A DNA stretch of 64,000 bases from Nitrospirota bacterium (GTDB lineage Bacteria; Nitrospirota; UBA9217): positions 1,312,001 through 1,376,000 of the forward strand of contig CAWCKW010000012.1 of NCBI GenBank assembly GCA_963796285.1, given 5' to 3'. The position numbers and the translations under genes are program-made. The notes below the pieces were generated by a model. That model had not been told where the DNA came from and searched no databases. It saw nothing but the letters and a program-made list of their open reading frames with translations. The stretch's first letter is position 1; the number at the start of each line of letters is the position of its first letter. Shown piece after piece: positions 61,195 through 64,000 of the stretch.

Positions 61195-61998
61195 TCAATG
61201 GCTCATCGAGCAGAACTGCTCATAGTCGATCAGTTCCTTGATCGTCGGATGCTCACCGCACACGGGGCACTCTTTATTCCATGGAACTTTCACCGTGCGG
61301 AAATTCATATCAAGCGCATTCCACAAGAGGAGTCTCCCCTTCAACGGCTGCCCGATCCCGAGGATCGCCTTGATCACCTCGGTGGCCTGAAGCGTCCCCA
61401 CCACACCGGTGACCACGCCGAGGATGCCTGCCTCCTGGCACGACGGCACCATGCCCGGAGGTGGCGGGACCTCGAACAAACAGCGGTAGCATGGCCCTTC
61501 GCCCGGGTAAATGCTCATCACCTGGCCTTCGAACCGGAAGACAGCCGCGCTGATAAGCGTTTTCTTCAGCATCACACAGGCATCGTTCACCAGGTAACGG
61601 GTCGGGAAATTGTCGCTTCCGTCCACGACGATATCATAGTCCTTGATGATGTCCATGATGTTCTTGGACGACAGCCTCTCTTTGTGGGTCACGACCTTCA
61701 CATCATGGTTCAGCGTCTCGTAGGTCTCTTTTGCAGAATCGGCCTTCAGCATGCCGATACGGCTGGTGTTATGCGCGATCTGGCGCTGCAGGTTCGAGAT
61801 CTCCACGCGGTCGTTGTCGATCACGCCGATGGTGCCGACGCCTGCCGCGGCGAGATAGTACCCCACCGGCGAACCAAGACCGCCGGCGCCCACAAGCACT
61901 ACTTTCGCGTTCAGTATCTTTTCCTGGCCGTCTCCCCCGACCTCGGGAAGCAAAATGTGCCTGCTGTAGCGCAATATCTGGTCTTCAGTAAAATCCAT
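61195..61998 (-). CDS. moeB: MoeB/ThiF-family sulfur-carrier adenylyltransferase
   Basis: RYSRHI.L, GAGGLG, SNLQRQ, DGSDNF.TRY, PCYRC, C..AG, CPVCG. Confidence 0.9.
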   Translation of the reverse strand: MDFTEDQILRYSRHILLPEVGGDGQEKILNAKVVLVGAGGLGSPVGYYLAAAGVGTIGVIDNDRVEISNLQRQIAHNTSRIGMLKADSAKETYETLNHDVKVVTHKERLSSKNIMDIIKDYDIVVDGSDNFPTRYLVNDACVMLKKTLISAAVFRFEGQVMSIYPGEGPCYRCLFEVPPPPGMVPSCQEAGILGVVTGVVGTLQATEVIKAILGIGQPLKGRLLLWNALDMNFRTVKVPWNKECPVCGEHPTIKELIDYEQFCSMSH

Positions 61999-62006
61999 GG
62001 TCCCCA

Positions 62007-62090
62007 ATTTCGAATCGCGGTTTTCAAATTTCGGATTTCGGAATATCGTGCATTTTTACATCCACATTCCGCACTCCGCGCTCCGCAATT
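62007..62090. repeat. Heptamer palindromic element (TTCGGAT/TCCGCA)
   Basis: TTTCGGATTTCGGAAT ... ATTCCGCACTCCGCGCTCCGCAAT. Confidence 0.65.
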
Positions 62091-62349
62091 ATTTTTTCGC
62101 TTTTTCCTTGTCCTTGCGGACAAACACATGCCACTCTTTCTCGCCGGTCTGCTCGATCTTCAGGACCTTCTGCCCCTCGTTCTCCATGCTCCTGGGCACG
62201 TTCTCGGTCGCCGGTTTGTGGTCAAAGATGATCTCGAGCACCTCGCCGAGGGTCATCTTCTCGAGCGCCAGCTTGGAACGGACAAAGGTGTACGGACAAA
62301 CCTGGCCTTTGAGATCGATCGTTTTATCTATTTTGATATCATCCGCCAT
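62089..62349 (-). CDS. tusA: TusA/SirA-family sulfurtransferase
   Basis: IDLKGQVCPYTFV...LAL..M..GEVL....D. Confidence 0.85.
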   Translation of the reverse strand: MADDIKIDKTIDLKGQVCPYTFVRSKLALEKMTLGEVLEIIFDHKPATENVPRSMENEGQKVLKIEQTGEKEWHVFVRKDKEKAKK

Positions 62350-62358
62350 AAGTACCTC

Positions 62359-62448
62359 ATTTCGGATTGGCGATTGCGGATTGCGGAATAAAATCGTTTT
62401 TGGATCTCTGCCCTTTAATCCGCATTCCACAATCCGAAATCCGCAATT
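62359..62448. repeat. Heptamer palindromic element (TGCGGAT/ATCCGCA)
   Basis: ATTTCGGATTGGCGATTGCGGATTGCGGAAT ... AATCCGCATTCCACAATCCGAAATCCGCAATT. Confidence 0.8.
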
Positions 62449-63758
62449 ACTGTTTCCCCTCTTCCACCCTGATCACCATCGTCGGCCCTGCCACGCAGTC
62501 CATCGTGTTGATCTCCTCGAGCGCCTTGCGCACATCGCGTTCAACGGCCTCGTGGCTCATCATCACCAGAGGAACGGCCTCGGCAGTGCCTCGGCCTTTC
62601 TGGATGACCGACGCAATACTGATATTGTTCTTCCCAAGCACACCCGAGATCCGTGACAGAACTCCGGGCCTGTCCAGTGCCGAAAAGCGCAAATAATAAC
62701 ACGACGTAATATCGTCCATCTTGCGTATCTTCAAGAGTGACCGATCCTTGAAGGCCGTCATGGGCGACCGGTTTATGCTGCCCGACAGGATGTCCCTGCC
62801 GATATCGATGATATCGCCCACCACCGCACTGCCCGTAGGCATGTCGCCCGCACCGCGTCCATAGAACATCGTAGACCCGACAGCGTCGCCCACGACCGAA
62901 AGCGCGTTGAACACACCGTCCACCTCGGCGATGGGGTACTCCTCAGGAAGCATGGTCGGATGCACCCGCGCCTCGACCTCGCCATTCACCATCTTGGTGA
63001 TCGCCAGGAGCTTGATCTTGTAACCGAGCTCTTTTGCAAAATCAATATCCAGCGGCGTTATCTTCGAGATCCCCTCGGTGTAGATATCGTCGAACTTCAC
63101 CGGAGTGCCGTAGGCAAGCATGGTGAGCACCGCGAGCTTATGCGCCGAATCAATGCCTTCGATATCGAACGTGGGATCGGCCTCGGCATACCCCTTGGCC
63201 TGGGCCTCTTTCAAGCACCTCATCGAACTTCCGGCCCTCGTTCGTCATGAGCGTCAGGATATAATTGCAGGTGCCGTTCACGATGCCGTAGATGGACTTG
63301 ATATTGTTCGCTGCGAGCCCGCTCCTGATGGCCGCAAGGATCGGGATTCCCCCGGCGACCGATGCCTCGAACCCGACCGTGACGCCGGCCTTCTCTGCCG
63401 CAGCGTAGATCTCCTCGCCATGCACGGCCAGGAGCGCTTTGTTCGCCGTCACCACATGTTTCTTGTTCTTGATCGCATCGAGGATGAACTCCTTGGCGGG
63501 CTTGTACCCGCCAATCAGTTCGACCACGATATCGATTTCAGGATCGTTGATCAGATCCTTTGCATCGCTCGTAAGCTTCACATCGCCCAATTTGATGCCC
63601 CGGTCGCGCTTGATGTCAAGATCGGATATCTTTTTCAGGAGAACGGGGACGCCGAGACGACGCTTGATGATCTCTGCATTGTCGATCAGGATGCGGGCCG
63701 TGCCAGTGCCCACGGTGCCGAAACCGATGATACCTACGTTGATTGATTTCTTCGCCAA
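62447..63758 (-). CDS. hom: Homoserine dehydrogenase with ACT domain (frameshift near 63210)
   Basis: [53 protein letters not shown]. Confidence 0.93.
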
Positions 63759-64000
63759 ATTTCAGCCCACCTTTTATCCAAGAGTCAAGGCATGAGTCAG
63801 GGGTAATGGTTGAATCTGTACGAGCCTCCGTGACCCCTGCCTCTTTATTACCGAGATCGACGAGGTACTGACCGCGGCGGGGCGCCTCGATCTTCCCTCA
63901 TATTCACGATCACAAAAAAATGAGGATGCCAGTTGTATGATACCGCCGAACTGCCCGGACCGCGCTAACCCGTTATTTTTCAAAGAAATTATTCCGGCCG

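Noticed and set aside
194-62391. Long antisense or overlapping ORFs (e.g. 194-1015, 22528-23520, 51159-52262, 52448-53680, 58695-59927, 61198-62391)
   Set aside because: These are shadow ORFs opposite well-supported genes in GC-rich DNA, with no recognisable motifs.
3876-63758. Many frameshifted genes (gpsA, hybrid kinase, rsmI, arnC, arnA, arnD, copA, rodZ, pfkB, mtnP, fusA, lysC, hom) as mass pseudogenisation or programmed frameshifting
   Set aside because: They are single-base indels in otherwise well-conserved, often essential genes with no accumulation of nonsense codons or shared slippery motif. Long-read consensus error is the simplest explanation; read polishing would confirm.
1-64000. 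tRNA, rRNA, tmRNA, RNase P genes, prophage or intact transposase
   Set aside because: No diagnostic motifs were seen by eye; tRNAscan or Infernal would be needed for certainty.

Overview
Bacterial chromosomal window of moderately high GC. Gene content and order (hom-sulfur relay-NIL-apgM-lysC-cimA; miaA-hfq; tgl/pilF-rodZ; larB/larC) suggest a Nitrospirota- or Desulfobacterota-like anaerobe; this is inference. About 15 housekeeping genes are broken by single-base indels, most likely long-read consensus errors. Main content: lsrF plus a Zn-dehydrogenase, gpsA, larB/larC, nadE, rsmI, an archaeal-type SAM synthetase, a decayed pho locus, a complete L-Ara4N (arn) operon, an AT-rich accessory island, mtnA, gcvT, copA, mtnP, hfq, miaA, mutL, three M16 peptidases, dut, an EF-G paralogue, cimA, lysC, and a ThiS/MoeB/JAMM/TusA sulfur-relay cluster. 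The island holds an attC-bounded cyclase-like cassette, a c-di-GMP-I riboswitch and a lipoprotein with 8 near-identical beta-propeller blades. The strongest novel signal is a family of palindromic elements built from short tandem units (7-10 bp) at many gene boundaries. One copy carries a GxxExxY nuclease-fold gene between ~35-bp inverted arms, a gene-less copy with the same arms lies 6 kb away, and one copy is read in frame inside mutL. This suggests an autonomous/non-autonomous selfish-element system. A second hypothesis is a 5'-deoxyadenosine salvage route (MtnP, MtnA, dehydrogenase, LsrF) ending in DHAP plus acetyl-CoA. There is also a structured non-coding RNA at 13.4-13.7 kb that may be an orphan IS110 end.
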